Shown: positions 1 through 11,747, numbered from the stretch's first letter. The stretch is 64,000 nt of DNA from an uncultured Methanoregulaceae archaeon (GCA_963841015.1 CAWJAX010000003.1:512001-576000); one strand, 5' to 3'. The notes: generated by a model not told the origin, from the sequence alone. Numbers and translations: made by a program.

Positions 1-217
1 CTGTAAAGTCAGTAATAGGAAATCATTAATCATTTTTACCATATCTGAAATAATCACAACACGGCTTGAATAGATCAGGGGATCCTGTCCCGGCCCGGCA
101 TGACCCTGTTTGGTTCAGTGGAGCCGGATGCGCATCAGACGTTCACCGGAGATATTCCCCGCTATCTTATCGGAACATTATCCTTGGATTAAGCCAGCCA
201 ATTCCTGACTAAGAAAA

Positions 218-572
218 TTATATCTTTACCAGCCTTCTGTTTCTGAGCCTGATCCCGTTAAACAGCAGCAAAAGTCCCAGTAAAAAAGCGATAACACCAA
301 CGATTATCATGAGTCCCTGCAATATACCCATCGGATTCAGGAAGATAAGGATCCCAGGAACGAGTAAGGTGATAGCAATGATAACCCTGCTGGAAAAACC
401 CTCGGGAATCGCTGCACGACCCTTTCTCGCCCGAGCAAGCAGGATAGTAGCACTCGCAATCATCCATATAGCGAATATCCCAAGGATAACAACCATCCAC
501 ACGTTGAAGGGAGAATAAAACAGGATAATTCCCGCGACGATGATCCCAATCCCACGATACAGGAGACTTCCG
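218..572 (-). pseudogene. HdeD/DUF308-family membrane protein, 5'-truncated
   Basis: [21 protein letters not shown]...LGIFAIW pattern of DUF308 helix hairpins. Homology stops where an oppositely oriented ppk2 fragment begins, and the ATG at 610 lies inside that fragment. Confidence 0.55.
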
Positions 573-779
573 TATGCTGCCGGAAAAGACGGCACCTTCA
601 AGCAGGTCATGTGTGGGGTGAGCCCGCAAGGAGTTCAGGTGACCAGTTTCAAGGCCCCTTCAGAGGAGTATCTCGTTCACGATTATTTGTGGCGTAACTT
701 TACCGTCATTCCGATGAGAGGGGATATCGCTATTTTCAACCGCTCCTGTTGTGAAGAAGTCCTCGCGGTGAGAGTCCAT
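573..779 (+). pseudogene. Polyphosphate kinase 2 (class III-like) internal fragment
   Basis: [40 protein letters not shown]...[18 protein letters not shown] matches PPK2 Walker A/B segments in degenerate form; no proper start or end. Confidence 0.8.
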
Positions 780-816
780 GGGAACCAGCCTAGAGCGACT
801 TTTATGTCTTCTTCGA

Positions 817-1728
817 TCAACCTTCAGGGAGGGTACTCAGGGAATCCTTATAACCGGTCTTGGGAGCGGCCGGGAAGGGCGAGTTGTCCCTAAGTTTGAC
901 ATTCGCAGCCCTTAAGCCGTCAATGCTGCGCTGAAGATAGTCCGAAATGATCTCGTTACGCATCTCGGGCAACGGCGTCCACATGGAGATCAGGTAATCG
1001 ACTCCGTCCTGGGTGGCCTTCACCATACTTACTACAGGGAACATCTGCTCCGGCGGCAGCTCGACCGTTACCTTCGTGTTCATATGCTTTATCCCGACCG
1101 GCAGTTTCACCATTTTCTCCAAGGACCTTTTCGCTTGGGGGAAGACATATGGGCTGTCCCTGGCCACATCGAGAAGCACTTTTTTGACCCTCCCGGAGTC
1201 TTCCTGATACGGTAGTGTTAACTGCACCTGCACTTCCAGGTACCCGCTCTCGGAGAAGTTGAGGAGCTTGTGCATGAAGATGTAGGAGTTGGGGACGAAG
1301 TACACTTTTCCCCCGCTCTCCCTTATTTTCACCATCTGCAATGATATATCCAGCACCTCGGCCGGTCCAGTTTGCCAGGGGCGGTCGCCTATTTCCACCC
1401 ATTGCCCTATCTGAAGGCGGCCATCGATTGCTATCAGGAGGCCGGCCACAAAGTTCTGAATGACGTTCTGTGCGCCAAATGTCAGGGCGAAGGTCAGGGC
1501 ACCTATAACTACAGCAACGAGAGTTTCGCTCGCCCCGAAGAGGACCAGTCCTCCTATCAGGACGAAGATTACAACCGTGAGCCATTGCACAACCCTTCCC
1601 AGACTCTTACCCCGGGCTATGCCGGCGAAGGGCTTGGTGAACCTGATTGTTATGCGGGACAGAATGAAACCCAGGAGAAGGCCAAACCCTATCAGAAGTA
1701 AACCCAGGATTAAGTTTTCAATCGTCAT
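817..1728 (-). CDS. MscS-family mechanosensitive channel
   Basis: Three TM segments, then [13 protein letters not shown]...IGQWVEIG and VPNS motifs. Confidence 0.85.
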   Translation of the reverse strand: MTIENLILGLLLIGFGLLLGFILSRITIRFTKPFAGIARGKSLGRVVQWLTVVIFVLIGGLVLFGASETLVAVVIGALTFALTFGAQNVIQNFVAGLLIAIDGRLQIGQWVEIGDRPWQTGPAEVLDISLQMVKIRESGGKVYFVPNSYIFMHKLLNFSESGYLEVQVQLTLPYQEDSGRVKKVLLDVARDSPYVFPQAKRSLEKMVKLPVGIKHMNTKVTVELPPEQMFPVVSMVKATQDGVDYLISMWTPLPEMRNEIISDYLQRSIDGLRAANVKLRDNSPFPAAPKTGYKDSLSTLPEG

Positions 1729-1982
1729 GATCGTCTTTTCTCTGTCCTACCTAACCTGAAAGGGACTCAGACAATTGTTATTACATTACGCCATGATGAA
1801 GTTCTTTTCGTTTTTATTACGTGCAGGGACAAAAAGGCCGGCATATGGTGCCGGCCACGGAGCGCCCACCGAGCGGAGCGGCAAGGTGGGTGTTGCTGCT
1901 ATTTCCCAACCCCTTTGATCGGACAGGGGGCCGATCGGTGCTCTCCATCTGTGAAGCCAGGAACAAGCACCCGCCCGGGTGC

Positions 1983-4800
1983 TCATACCGGGGCGGGTAC
2001 TACAACGGGAGGAATTGCCGCGTCGTGCTTGCGGCGGCTGCGGAGGAAGATCTTAAGGATCTCGTAAACGATGAGCAGGACGAAAGCCAGGCCGAAGCAG
2101 AGCAGCCACTGGTTACCGGTGAGCGAGGTCAGGCCCAGGCCTCGCTGCAGGAAGCCCAGTTCAGTCGGCAGGAAAATGAACAGCAGGGCCAGACCGTTGA
2201 GCAGTACCTGGTTTTTATCGTGCAGGATATTCCGGTTGAACGCTGTCTGGGTTTCACTATGGCAGCTGAGACCGCTGATGACAACGAAGAGCGAGAAGAC
2301 GACGAATGCCATGGTAGCGGCCACCACGGCTCCCGCCGGTTCAGCGACGGCTTCCACGATCAAGGTACCGGCCGCCATGAGGATCCCGATAAAGCCGATG
2401 CGCACCCATTGCGAGCTTGAGAGAACCGGCTGGGCAATCGGACGCGGTGTTCGTTCCATCAGCCCGGGTGCAGGCTTGTCGAAGCCAAGAGAGACAGCGA
2501 CGGGTACCTGGACGAGGAAGTTGATCCACAGGACAACGAACGGCTCAAACGGCACGCCACCGGAGATGTAGAAGAACGCTGCACCCAGGTATGCCACAAT
2601 ATACGCCACCAGGTTCGTCATCTGGTAGCGAATGAAATTGGACAGGTTCTCATAAATCCCCCGTCCGAACTCCACCGCCTTGACAATGGTAGCGAAGTTG
2701 TCGTCAGTCAGGATCATCACGGCAGCTCCTTTCGAGACTTCAGTGCCCGTGATGCCCATCGCGACCCCGATGTCAGCCTTCTTGAGGGCCGGCGCATCGT
2801 TGACGCCATCTCCCGTCATGGCGACGATATTCTGCTGACGCTGCAGGAGATCCACCAGGCGAATCTTGTCCTCGGGGGCAACTCGTGCCACTACGCCGAT
2901 ATTGGGCAGATCTTTCATCAGCTGGTCATCACTCATGGCGGCGAACTCCGCGCCGGTGAGCGCCTTTCCCTCGATGCCCAGCTCATGTCCGATGGCCGCC
3001 GCAGTCACGGCATGGTCTCCAGTGATCATGCGTACCTGGATACCGGCGCTGTGGCATTTGGCAATGGCATCTTTGGCCTCGGGACGTGGCGGGTCTACGA
3101 TACCTACCATGGCAAGCAGGGTGAGGTCTTTCACCTGGTCGAGCAGTCTGGCTTTCGGATCAAACGTCTTTGGATCGAAGTCACGGCGTGCGACCACCAT
3201 CACCCGTTCTCCTGCCTGTGCCATGCGGTCGTTTTCCCTGAATGCCAAAGGACGGTTCTCTTCGGTGACCGGCAGCACCTCGCCACCGGGCATCCAGTAC
3301 GAGTTGCTGCGGGCGATCAGCACATCAGGAGCACCTTTGACAAAGCACCGCACGACAGGATTGCCCTTTTCATCGGTCATGTTGTGGAACGTGGCCATGA
3401 ACTTGTAATCGGAGTCGAACGGCACCTCTGCCACGCGGGGGTACATCGTGCGTGCACCGTCCACGCTGATACCGCCTTTCTCCGCCAGCACAATCAGTGC
3501 ACCTTCGGTAGGATCCCCGATCAGGGTGCCGTTGTCGAGACGGGCGTCAGCACACAACGCCATGGGCATGAGGATCGGATCGAGATCAACCCGGGCACCC
3601 CCTGCGCTCAGCAGCTTGCCTTCTGTGCTATAGGACAGGGTATTCTTCTGCCATGGCTGCAATCCAGCTATACCGCTGGACAACTCCATTGTCCCTTTCG
3701 TGCCATACCCTTCACCGGTCACGGTGAAACGGTTCTGGCCGGGGATGGTGAACTCGCGGGCGGTCATCTTGTTGAGCGTCAGCGTCCCCGTTTTGTCAGA
3801 GCAGATTGCCGAGACAGAACCCAGCGTCTCGACCGAAGGCAGGCGCTTGACAATAGCACCCAGGCTGGCCAGCGCCCGCGTTCCCATGGAATACATCGTA
3901 GTCACGACAGCAGGCAGGCCGGTGGGTATAGCTGCAATCGCCAGGGCAATGCCGGCAAGGAAGATTGTCTCGAAGGAATCGCCGTGGCTCAAACCCAGGA
4001 TAACCATCAGGACAAACGCCAGACCAGCCATGCCGGCAATGATAATGATCAACTTGTCGAGCTGTTTCTGCAAAGGTGTCTTGTCGGACTTGGTCTTGTT
4101 GAGCAGGTCTGCGATATGGCCCATCTCGGTGCCCATACCGGTAGTGGTTACAATCATCTCGCCGCGGCCACGGGTCACCGCGGTGTTCATAAAGGCCATG
4201 CAAAGACGGTCACCGAGAGCCACCTCGGTTTTGGTGATCGCCCCGGTGTCCTTTGGCGAGGCTACGCTCTCGCCCGTCAGTGCGGCCTCCTCGATCTCGA
4301 GGGTCGCGGTGACAAACAGGCGCCCGTCTGCCGGCACGCGGTTGCCCGCTTCCATCAGCACGATATCGCCCGGCACCAGATTCCTCAGCTTCAATCTCAA
4401 TCGCCTGGCCGTCACGCCGTACCCGGGCTATGTTCTTCATCATCTTCTCAAGTGCAGCCAGGCTGGCTTCAGCCTTGGATTCGCCCCGCAGTCCCAATAT
4501 TGCGTTGAAAACAGTCAGGCCCAGCAGCACCAGGGTCGTGCCTGCTTCGCCAGTGACCACCAGGCTGATAACGGCAACGCCAACCAGGAGAATCTGCATG
4601 AAGTCCCGGTACTGGCGCAGGAAAGCCTGCCAGCCCGACTCCTTCTTCTTGGCGGCCAGAATGTTGGGGCCGTACTGCTGCAGGCGCTGCTGCGCTTCGG
4701 GCGTGCTTAGCCCTTTTGCCGGATCAACCTTCAGTTGTTGCGCAACTGCTTCCGGCGACATCGTATACCATTTCAGTTGTTCCTGTACCGTTTCTGCCAT
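1983..4800 (-). CDS. Cation-transporting P-type ATPase (type IIA, Ca2+-like); +1 frameshift near 4381
   Basis: DKTGTLT, TGES, KGAP, DPPR, MITGD and GDGVNDAPALK motifs. The N-terminal ORF 4210-4800 joins the second frame at EIEAEE/LVPGD. Confidence 0.9.
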
Positions 4801-4815
4801 CCTGTGTACCTCTTT

Positions 4816-5712
4816 TTAGTATTTCTCTGGAATCCAGCGGAAGGGATAATCCGGCTCCACGTAGTCACCCTTCGGCTGGCGTTTGGGGAGCTTCACCTTC
4901 TCACGGGGGACTTCCTTGTAGGGGATCAGACTTAACAGGTGAGCGATGCAGTTCAGTCGCCCGCGCCGCTGGTCGTGCGAATCCACGACGTACCAAGGTG
5001 ATTCGGGGGTATCCGTGGCCTTAAACATGGCGTCACGGGCCCGCGAGTAGTCGTACCAGCGGCGATGGCTCTCGAGGTCCATCGGGCTGAGCTTCCAGAT
5101 CTTCCGGTAGTCATCGATGCGTTCCTCGAAACGCTCGGTCTGGTCTTCCATGGTCTCTTCCAGCCAGTACTTGACCAGGATAATCCCGGATCCAATCATT
5201 GCCTGTTCGACGGGGGGCACCCACTGCAGGAACTTTTCAACCTGGTCCTCCGGGGTGAATCCCATTACCCGCTCAACACCTGCCCGGTTGTACCAGCTGC
5301 GGTCGAAGAGTACCACTTCACCTGCTGCCGGCAGGTGCGGAATGTACCGCTGGACGTACATCTGGGACTTCTCCCGCTCGGTGGGTGTCGGCAGGGCTAT
5401 CACCCGGAAGACACGCGGGCTTGTGCGTTCGGTGATGCGTTTGATGACGCCGCCCTTTCCGGCGGCATCTCGGCCTTCGAAGAGCACACAAACCTTGGCA
5501 CCGCTGACCTTCACCCACTCCTGCAACTTGACGAGCTCGATCTGGAGCTTCTCCAGCTCCTTCTCGAATTCCTTGCGGCCCATCTTCTCCCTGGATTTTA
5601 CCGCTGTTTCAGGAGCTGCTGATCCTTCAAGTGCAGCGGGGATGACAGCCTGCGCCTCAGCCCTTGCCTTTGCCTTGCCCTTTCCTTTTTTCTTGTCTTT
5701 CTGCTTCGCCAT
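4816..5712 (-). CDS. ppk2: Polyphosphate kinase 2
   Basis: FEGRDAAGKGG, FDRSWYNRAGVERVMGF and WKLSPMD motifs; GGAGG RBS before ATG 5712. Confidence 0.95.
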   Translation of the reverse strand: MAKQKDKKKGKGKAKARAEAQAVIPAALEGSAAPETAVKSREKMGRKEFEKELEKLQIELVKLQEWVKVSGAKVCVLFEGRDAAGKGGVIKRITERTSPRVFRVIALPTPTEREKSQMYVQRYIPHLPAAGEVVLFDRSWYNRAGVERVMGFTPEDQVEKFLQWVPPVEQAMIGSGIILVKYWLEETMEDQTERFEERIDDYRKIWKLSPMDLESHRRWYDYSRARDAMFKATDTPESPWYVVDSHDQRRGRLNCIAHLLSLIPYKEVPREKVKLPKRQPKGDYVEPDYPFRWIPEKY

Positions 5713-6018
5713 AGGTACTCCTCCATGTTCTTTTAAGTTTATAAATCCTGCATTCCGAGTCAGGAGCGATGGATTCACATAACGTACGGCGTACCAGTGG
5801 GGCTCAGTCTTTTTCCCGGCGTGATCCTCCTGGCATTGGGCGAGATCTTCAAAGCATCTCCCGGCTACAGGAATGGAGTTCCCCCGCTGCAGTGTAAGGC
5901 GGGAAATACCGATGGAATCGAATCAAATCCCTTTTTTTATTATTTAAAGTTAAAAGAATTGACTCTGGAGAATTCCGTTAATTTGATATGAAATTCAAGA
6001 TGCTGGTACGATGAAGGA

Positions 6019-6170
6019 GGGGACAGTGCCTGTCCCCCATACCGCCCCTGCGCTAAGCGATGATAACGTAGCACCTGTTCGGGGGTTATCGCATCGGGGG
6101 AGCCGCAGCGGCGGGGGTGAAACCCCCATGAGCGTATAGCTTGTAATTGAGCATTTCCCCTGAAAATTTA
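6019..6170 (+). repeat. GC-rich structured dispersed repeat, copy 1
   Basis: Hairpins GGGGACAG-tgc-CTGTCCCC, CCGCCCCTGCG..CGCAGCGGCGG and GGGGG-tgaaa-CCCCC; homologous to ~34670-34790 on the minus strand. Confidence 0.6.
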
Positions 6171-6416
6171 ACTATTCAGTTATGATACGAGATTTTTTTT
6201 CATACTTCTCCAAGTGCGATGATCCCCGCCGCCCCCGAAGGGTTATCCCCGCGGCGGATCAGGAACAAACAGTTCAAAAAAAATCCTGCCCGCCGTGCCT
6301 CTAAAGAGGCCTTGAGGCGGGTTTCCATCGTATACATTACGATTTTCATGGTTCGGTAGTGAACCACCTAGATTCAAATCTGTTTCTAAAAAGCCAAAGA
6401 ACTATTCACCGGGGTA

Positions 6417-8028
6417 TCATACCTGCCCCTCTTCCGGTACCGTTTTTACCGCCGGTAAACGTCTGGCGATGAGATACGCCACAAACGCTGTAAAGGCCAT
6501 AAACATCAACGTAATAATGAACGCATTTTGACGGGCGGCGTCATAGATTCTGAGGGCTTCAGACTTCATACACTCCATTCTCCTGGATGCTTTCCGACAC
6601 TACATCGGTCGAAACAACCTCCATGCTCGTCGCCATGTCCTGGCTGATCTGCTGCTTTAATTCGCAGGGAAATACCGTGCTCTGTTCCACCATCATCCCT
6701 ACCCCGCCCGTTAACGCCACCACCAGAATAGTGCCGATCACCGCGGTTCCCACGGAACTCCCCAGGGTTTCCAGGGTTGAAGCGATCCCCGACGCCTCCG
6801 CGGTCTGCCCGGGTGTCACTGCTGACATGATCAGGTTAATAATTTGCGACACCACCAGACCCATCCCCAGACCGTACACAAACAAACCAGGCATCAGACC
6901 CGCCGGGGCATTTCCGATAAACAAATACCCGATCATAATGAGCACCCCGGCAACAGCAATTAAAAATCCCCCCATGACCTTCTTTTTGGGTAAAATAGTG
7001 AGTCCCCGTTTCGCTCCACCCATGGCCGTCAGCAACAGACCTGCGGTTAACGCTAAGAGAATAAACCCGGTTTCAAAGGCGCTGATCCCATAGGTTACCT
7101 GCAAAAACAAGGGTACCGAAAAAGTAGTTCCGGCAATCAGAGCTACCTGGATAAATCTCACGTTCAGGCCCGTCACAAAATCCTTGATCCTGAACATCAT
7201 CAAGTCTACCAGCCTGTCCCTGCCCGTATCCTCTAAGTGCTGCTCCCAATGGACAAACTGGATTAAACAAACTACTGCTGCTCCATATAAAAGCGGGACA
7301 ATGGAGAGGCCAAAAGGAGCAAATTCGTAACCAGCGATCATAAACGGTTGTTTGGCAAAGATCAACCCGTAATCTGCAATCAGGAGCGTCCCTAAAACAA
7401 ACAACACCATGGCCCCTGCCTGCCACAAAACCCCCACTTTATCCAGTACCGGTCTCACGCTACCCATCACATCCTTGGGAATCGCTTTGCTCATCAGTAA
7501 GACCCCGACCAGCACCAGCACTTCCAGACGAAAAGCCCAGCGCCAGGAAAAATACGTGGTCAGAAAACCACCGATAATCGGTCCTACAGCCATGGCCATC
7601 GCATTGATGCCCCCCATCATCCCGTAAGCCCTGACCCGTTCAATGCCGGTAATATACGCCCGGATGATGGTATTCACGTTTGGCAGCATCAGGGCCGCCC
7701 CAAATCCCTGAATAGCACACCATCCCAGAATAAAGATCGTCAGATTATTACTCACGGAAGCCAGTAAACTACCGACAATATAAAACAGGGCTCCTGTCAG
7801 AAACGTTTTCTTCATCCCGATAATATCGGCCAGTTTCCCACCCATAAGAACAAACGCTGCCATCATCAAAGCGTTGAGGGCAATTGCCGCCTGTACCCCG
7901 GAAACAGTGGTTTGTAAATCGTTGACCAGCGCCGAAATGGACACGTTCATGATGGTGTTATCCAACACCACCACAAACGTTCCCAGAGCCATTACCACTA
8001 CTAAACTTTTTCCAACCTTCAGGGCCAT
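6417..8028 (-). CDS. MFS transporter, DHA2/EmrB-like; +1 frameshift near 6562
   Basis: LDNTIMNVS, GGKLADIIG and GPIIGG...SWRWAF motifs. The final TM helix (EALRIYDAARQNAFIITLMF...EEGQV*) is in the shifted frame and ends at 6417. Confidence 0.85.
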
Positions 8029-8339
8029 GCATTTGCTCCTGTTAAAACCTATTCATTATCTCTGGAATGAATCCAGTCAACACTTAAGGTCAATTGCTGA
8101 AAATACGATTTAATCTTTTCTATATTTTCATTTCACCGGGGAAAAGCACCGGGGAAAGCAAAGGTATCTGCAGTCCCCGCTGGTTGTAAGGATAACGGGG
8201 GGATACCCTCTGGTGAGATAATCGGGGAATTTTAGTATGCATAACCATGATGGAAGGATGAAGCAGACAGGATAGTAATAGTTAAAATAATGTGCACCGT
8301 TTAATAAAACTGACAGGTAAATTCCTGAAAGAGTGTACA

Positions 8340-8909
8340 ATGAAAAAAATTGTTGTGAAAAAAGAAGAACAGGGCGGGACCGTTCTTTTTACCTTCCGGT
8401 TCAAGGCAATCGGGCAGCTTCTTGATGAGGGAGATCCCACCCCGCTTCCCGAAAAGGAGTTGACAGAGGAGGCAGAGGATGCTCTCGCCGGGCATCTCGA
8501 TGAATACCGGGTTGGCAGATCCGCAAGTCTGGTCATTGAACTGCCGGAAAAAGATCTTACCGGTGTTCCATCCTCTCTCATCACCGAAACTGTTCATCAC
8601 CATTTCGGATTTCGGTATGATGACGTGACCCATGACATGAAAATTCATCTGAGAGAGGGGATATACAGTATCATGCTTTTACTGGGAAATATTGCCATTC
8701 TGGTATTGTTCGTCTACTATGCCACGAAGAATGAACTCCCTCTTGACGCAGTTAGTGCTACCTTAATATTAGGATTTATTACCATCATGAACTGGGTGAC
8801 CGTATGGCATACCTACGAACATTTTATGTACGACTACCGGAACCTAGCCCGGAAACGGTGGATATTTGAAAAAATCACCAAAATCCCGGTTACTATCCGA
8901 GGATATTAA
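8340..8909 (+). CDS. Hypothetical membrane protein (soluble N-domain plus 2 TM)
   Basis: Clean ORF, two hydrophobic segments, T-rich terminator after the stop. Confidence 0.7.
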   Translation: MKKIVVKKEEQGGTVLFTFRFKAIGQLLDEGDPTPLPEKELTEEAEDALAGHLDEYRVGRSASLVIELPEKDLTGVPSSLITETVHHHFGFRYDDVTHDMKIHLREGIYSIMLLLGNIAILVLFVYYATKNELPLDAVSATLILGFITIMNWVTVWHTYEHFMYDYRNLARKRWIFEKITKIPVTIRGY

Positions 8910-9154
8910 AAGATAATTTACCGGATTTTTTTTAAAAAGTGTGAAGCATTGTTCCAAAAAAAGAAACAATGGGAATGAATGACCCACATGCCGTTCAATA
9001 CGAAGGGAATACACGTCAGAAAAAGGCGATAAAAGGCGGTTTTCCCGTGCATTTCATCTCCACCTTTGCACTCCATCGGGTGTTCGTACTATGGGTATCA
9101 TTCGAAAGAGATCGGTAATATGATTAAGAGGTTGCATTCAAATATTGCAATATT

Positions 9155-9718
9155 ATGGCTGCTGAAAGTCCGACAATGGACACTCAAGAAAAGCGTGCCT
9201 GGCTGAAAAATCTGTATTTGATCAGCCGTGTTCTGGTAGTTATTGCAATTATCGGGATGATTATTACCTCGGTTATTGTGATAGTAACCGCATTTGCGGA
9301 AGTATTCCGGATTATGTCATTTTTTATGCACGAAGGCATGCTATCCGAAGAGGCAGGAAAATTTCTCTCAGTGAATGTGACAGAAATGATAGACCTTTAC
9401 CTGCTTGGGCTTGTCCTTATTATAATGTCAATAGGCTTGTATCAGCTTTTCATTGATCCGGATGTCGACCTCCCGGAATGGCTGGATACGCCGTCATTTG
9501 ATATCCTGAAAGCACGCCTCCTGATCGTTGTTGCCGTTATTCTTCCTGTGATGTTTTTAGGCTATGCCGCCACTGCAACTGATGGAGCCTTCATTGCTGG
9601 TCTCGGAATCGCCATTTCACTCGTCATGTTTGCAATCGGTTATATTATCAGTATTGCTTCCAAAGGCCAGATTGAGAGGAAGCGCCTGGAAATGCAGGGA
9701 GCGGATCAGAAAAATTAG
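9155..9718 (+). CDS. YqhA/UPF0114-family membrane protein
   Basis: IDLYLLGLVLIIMSIGLYQLFI...LPEWL...FDILKARL motif. Confidence 0.85.
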   Translation: MAAESPTMDTQEKRAWLKNLYLISRVLVVIAIIGMIITSVIVIVTAFAEVFRIMSFFMHEGMLSEEAGKFLSVNVTEMIDLYLLGLVLIIMSIGLYQLFIDPDVDLPEWLDTPSFDILKARLLIVVAVILPVMFLGYAATATDGAFIAGLGIAISLVMFAIGYIISIASKGQIERKRLEMQGADQKN

Positions 9719-9845
9719 GCTTATGCCGTAAAAAAAGCGATAATTAGAATACATTGTACCTTCTTTTCCTAGTCTGATACCTTTAAATAACAACGGAAAT
9801 ATGTTATGATATGACCCTTTGGAAGGTGTCAGGAAACGATCACGC

Positions 9846-10568
9846 ATGACTCAGGAACTCATGAAAGTCAAGATAGATTATGCCCAGGCAGCTGAAATCC
9901 TCAAAACTTCCCTGAAGATGAAAGGATCTCCTGTTGCAGTGGGATTTGCGACAACCAAAGACGATATTCCCCCGGGGATACCGGAGCTCGATAAAACAAT
10001 AAAGCACTGTATGATGGTGAGCCTGGCCAGGAACGAAGGCAGGACCTTTTATTCCACGACAGAAAAGCACGAATGCATGGGAGGTGCCTATGCCTTAGGC
10101 TTCAAGGATCTTACCCCTACCCTAAAGTCAGGCCAGTTCTATTTTAAACTGGGGAAATTTGAGAGTGTTACTTCCAGTAAAAGAACGATGGAGAGCGTAC
10201 CCCACCTCCCTACCGGTGAGACCTATGCAACCATGTACGCTCCTTTGGAAAAGACACCATTCGTCCCGCAGGTAATAATTATTATTGCCAATCCATGGTC
10301 TATGCTGAAGCTGGCGCAATCTTCGTTATTCCGGATGGGAGGAAGAATACATGCCTCGTTCTCCGGTATCCAGTCGGTCTGTTCAGATTCCGTCGCCCAG
10401 ACAGTTCTCACCGGTAAACCAAACTTCTCCCTCGGTTGTGATGGTTCACGGAAGTTTTCCGGGATTGCCGATGATGAGATGGTCATGGGAATTCCCGCGG
10501 AGATGCTGCCAGAGATAGTGGATGCAGTAAAAATCGTTACCCAGGCTCCCGGTTCCAAAAAACCATAG
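9846..10568 (+). CDS. DUF169-domain protein
   Basis: PVAVGF, HCMMV, C.GG and CSD...SLGCDGSR Cys motifs. Confidence 0.85.
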   Translation: MTQELMKVKIDYAQAAEILKTSLKMKGSPVAVGFATTKDDIPPGIPELDKTIKHCMMVSLARNEGRTFYSTTEKHECMGGAYALGFKDLTPTLKSGQFYFKLGKFESVTSSKRTMESVPHLPTGETYATMYAPLEKTPFVPQVIIIIANPWSMLKLAQSSLFRMGGRIHASFSGIQSVCSDSVAQTVLTGKPNFSLGCDGSRKFSGIADDEMVMGIPAEMLPEIVDAVKIVTQAPGSKKP

Positions 10569-10783
10569 TCCTTTTTAATAGTCCAATGATTACGGTGAAT
10601 ACATAAAAAAAATGAAGATAGACACTCATTTATTCAATTTATCATGAGAGACAGATTAAAAAGAGGAGCATTTTCTGGAGATCCCTCTAACCCCGCATCT
10701 CTCAACCGGGATAGGGGTAATCGATTTTAATTCAGGTTTTCAATAGTTCAAAAAAATAGATTTTTAAGGTTCCGCTCACCGAT

Positions 10784-11176
10784 TTACATCGGAATCTCGA
10801 ATGCCTGTTTCGTACCAGGCAACAGGCAGTAGATCAATACCAGTCCGCTGATAATGATAAGCGGAGCCATTGCCTCCCAGGATGAGCCTCCCAGTACGCA
10901 GATAATTCCATATATCAGGTCAAACCCTGCAATCATCACCATCCACAACCATCCCGATGGATGGACTACCCATAGCGCCCCGGCTATACCCAGCCATACA
11001 AAGGCAATGAATCCCCAGATAAGAGCCCCTATGAGGCTGAACTGGTAAAATGCAACGGGTCCAAGATACGTGGGAAGCAGATGTAACATCTGTAAGGTAA
11101 CGATAAATGCGTTAACCGCAGCGATAATCGCCACGATTGCCATTATCGTAACACCAATAGGTCGTTCTTTTGCCAT
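10784..11176 (-). CDS. Small 4-TM membrane protein (RPxGVT start), cassette copy 1
   Basis: MAKERPIGVTI; paralog at 39270-39662; GGAGTGA RBS. Confidence 0.85.
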   Translation of the reverse strand: MAKERPIGVTIMAIVAIIAAVNAFIVTLQMLHLLPTYLGPVAFYQFSLIGALIWGFIAFVWLGIAGALWVVHPSGWLWMVMIAGFDLIYGIICVLGGSSWEAMAPLIIISGLVLIYCLLPGTKQAFEIPM

Positions 11177-11215
11177 ATGTCAATCACTCCTTTAGACCAA
11201 GTAGTTCAACGGAGA

Positions 11216-11233
11216 AGTATAAATACGTGGCGA
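11216..11233 (-). promoter_or_regulatory. Archaeal promoter (BRE plus TTTATA), identical in both cassette copies
   Basis: TCGCCACGTATTTATACT about 40 nt upstream of the ATG; identical 18-mer at 39703-39720. Confidence 0.7.
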
Positions 11234-11476
11234 GAGCCAACGATCGGGTCTCAAGAGAGCCAAAAAAGAGAATTTTTTTTTAACGTTACGTTCCAATCCG
11301 GAAGGAGAGCAAAAAAAGCAAAAAAGAGAATTGTGGGTTTATGGCATAAAAAAATACAATGAGTGTTTTATTTGTCTTTAGGGGTCAGTGTCATCCGAAC
11401 TAAAAAAACACCAGCATGCAATTTCCTGTAACTGATTTCTAAAAAGGTAGTGAATAAAAAAATTGTTTTACGATTA

Positions 11477-11746
11477 TTAACCAAGAAGCTTCTTCTTGGC
11501 AGCGGTGAATTCCTCGTCCGTGAGCACACCCGATTTGTGCAGATCAGCCAGCTTTTGCAGCTCCGTTGTGACATCTTTGGTGGGTGCCGCGGCTGCCGGG
11601 GGTGCCGATGCCCTGGCTTCAGCTGCACCCTGCTGCTTTGCCTGTTCTACCTCTGCCTGTTGCTGGGCTTGCGCCTGCATCTGCTGCTGGGCCTGCTGTT
11701 CTCCCATTCTACGGCCTGCAGCGAGCATTAACATTCTTCCCCGCAT
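11477..11746 (-). CDS. SHOCT-domain protein (Gln/Ala-rich), cassette copy 1
   Basis: C-terminal ELQKLADLHKSGVLTDEEFTAAKKKLL is a SHOCT motif; start sits just after the upstream stop. Confidence 0.9.
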   Translation of the reverse strand: MRGRMLMLAAGRRMGEQQAQQQMQAQAQQQAEVEQAKQQGAAEARASAPPAAAAPTKDVTTELQKLADLHKSGVLTDEEFTAAKKKLLG

Positions 11747-11747
11747 C

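Noticed and set aside
2985-4710. Long plus-strand ORFs (507 and 336 aa)
   Set aside because: Antisense shadows of the GC-rich P-type ATPase with no recognisable motifs; the same applies to antisense ORFs over fdhAB and mutS.
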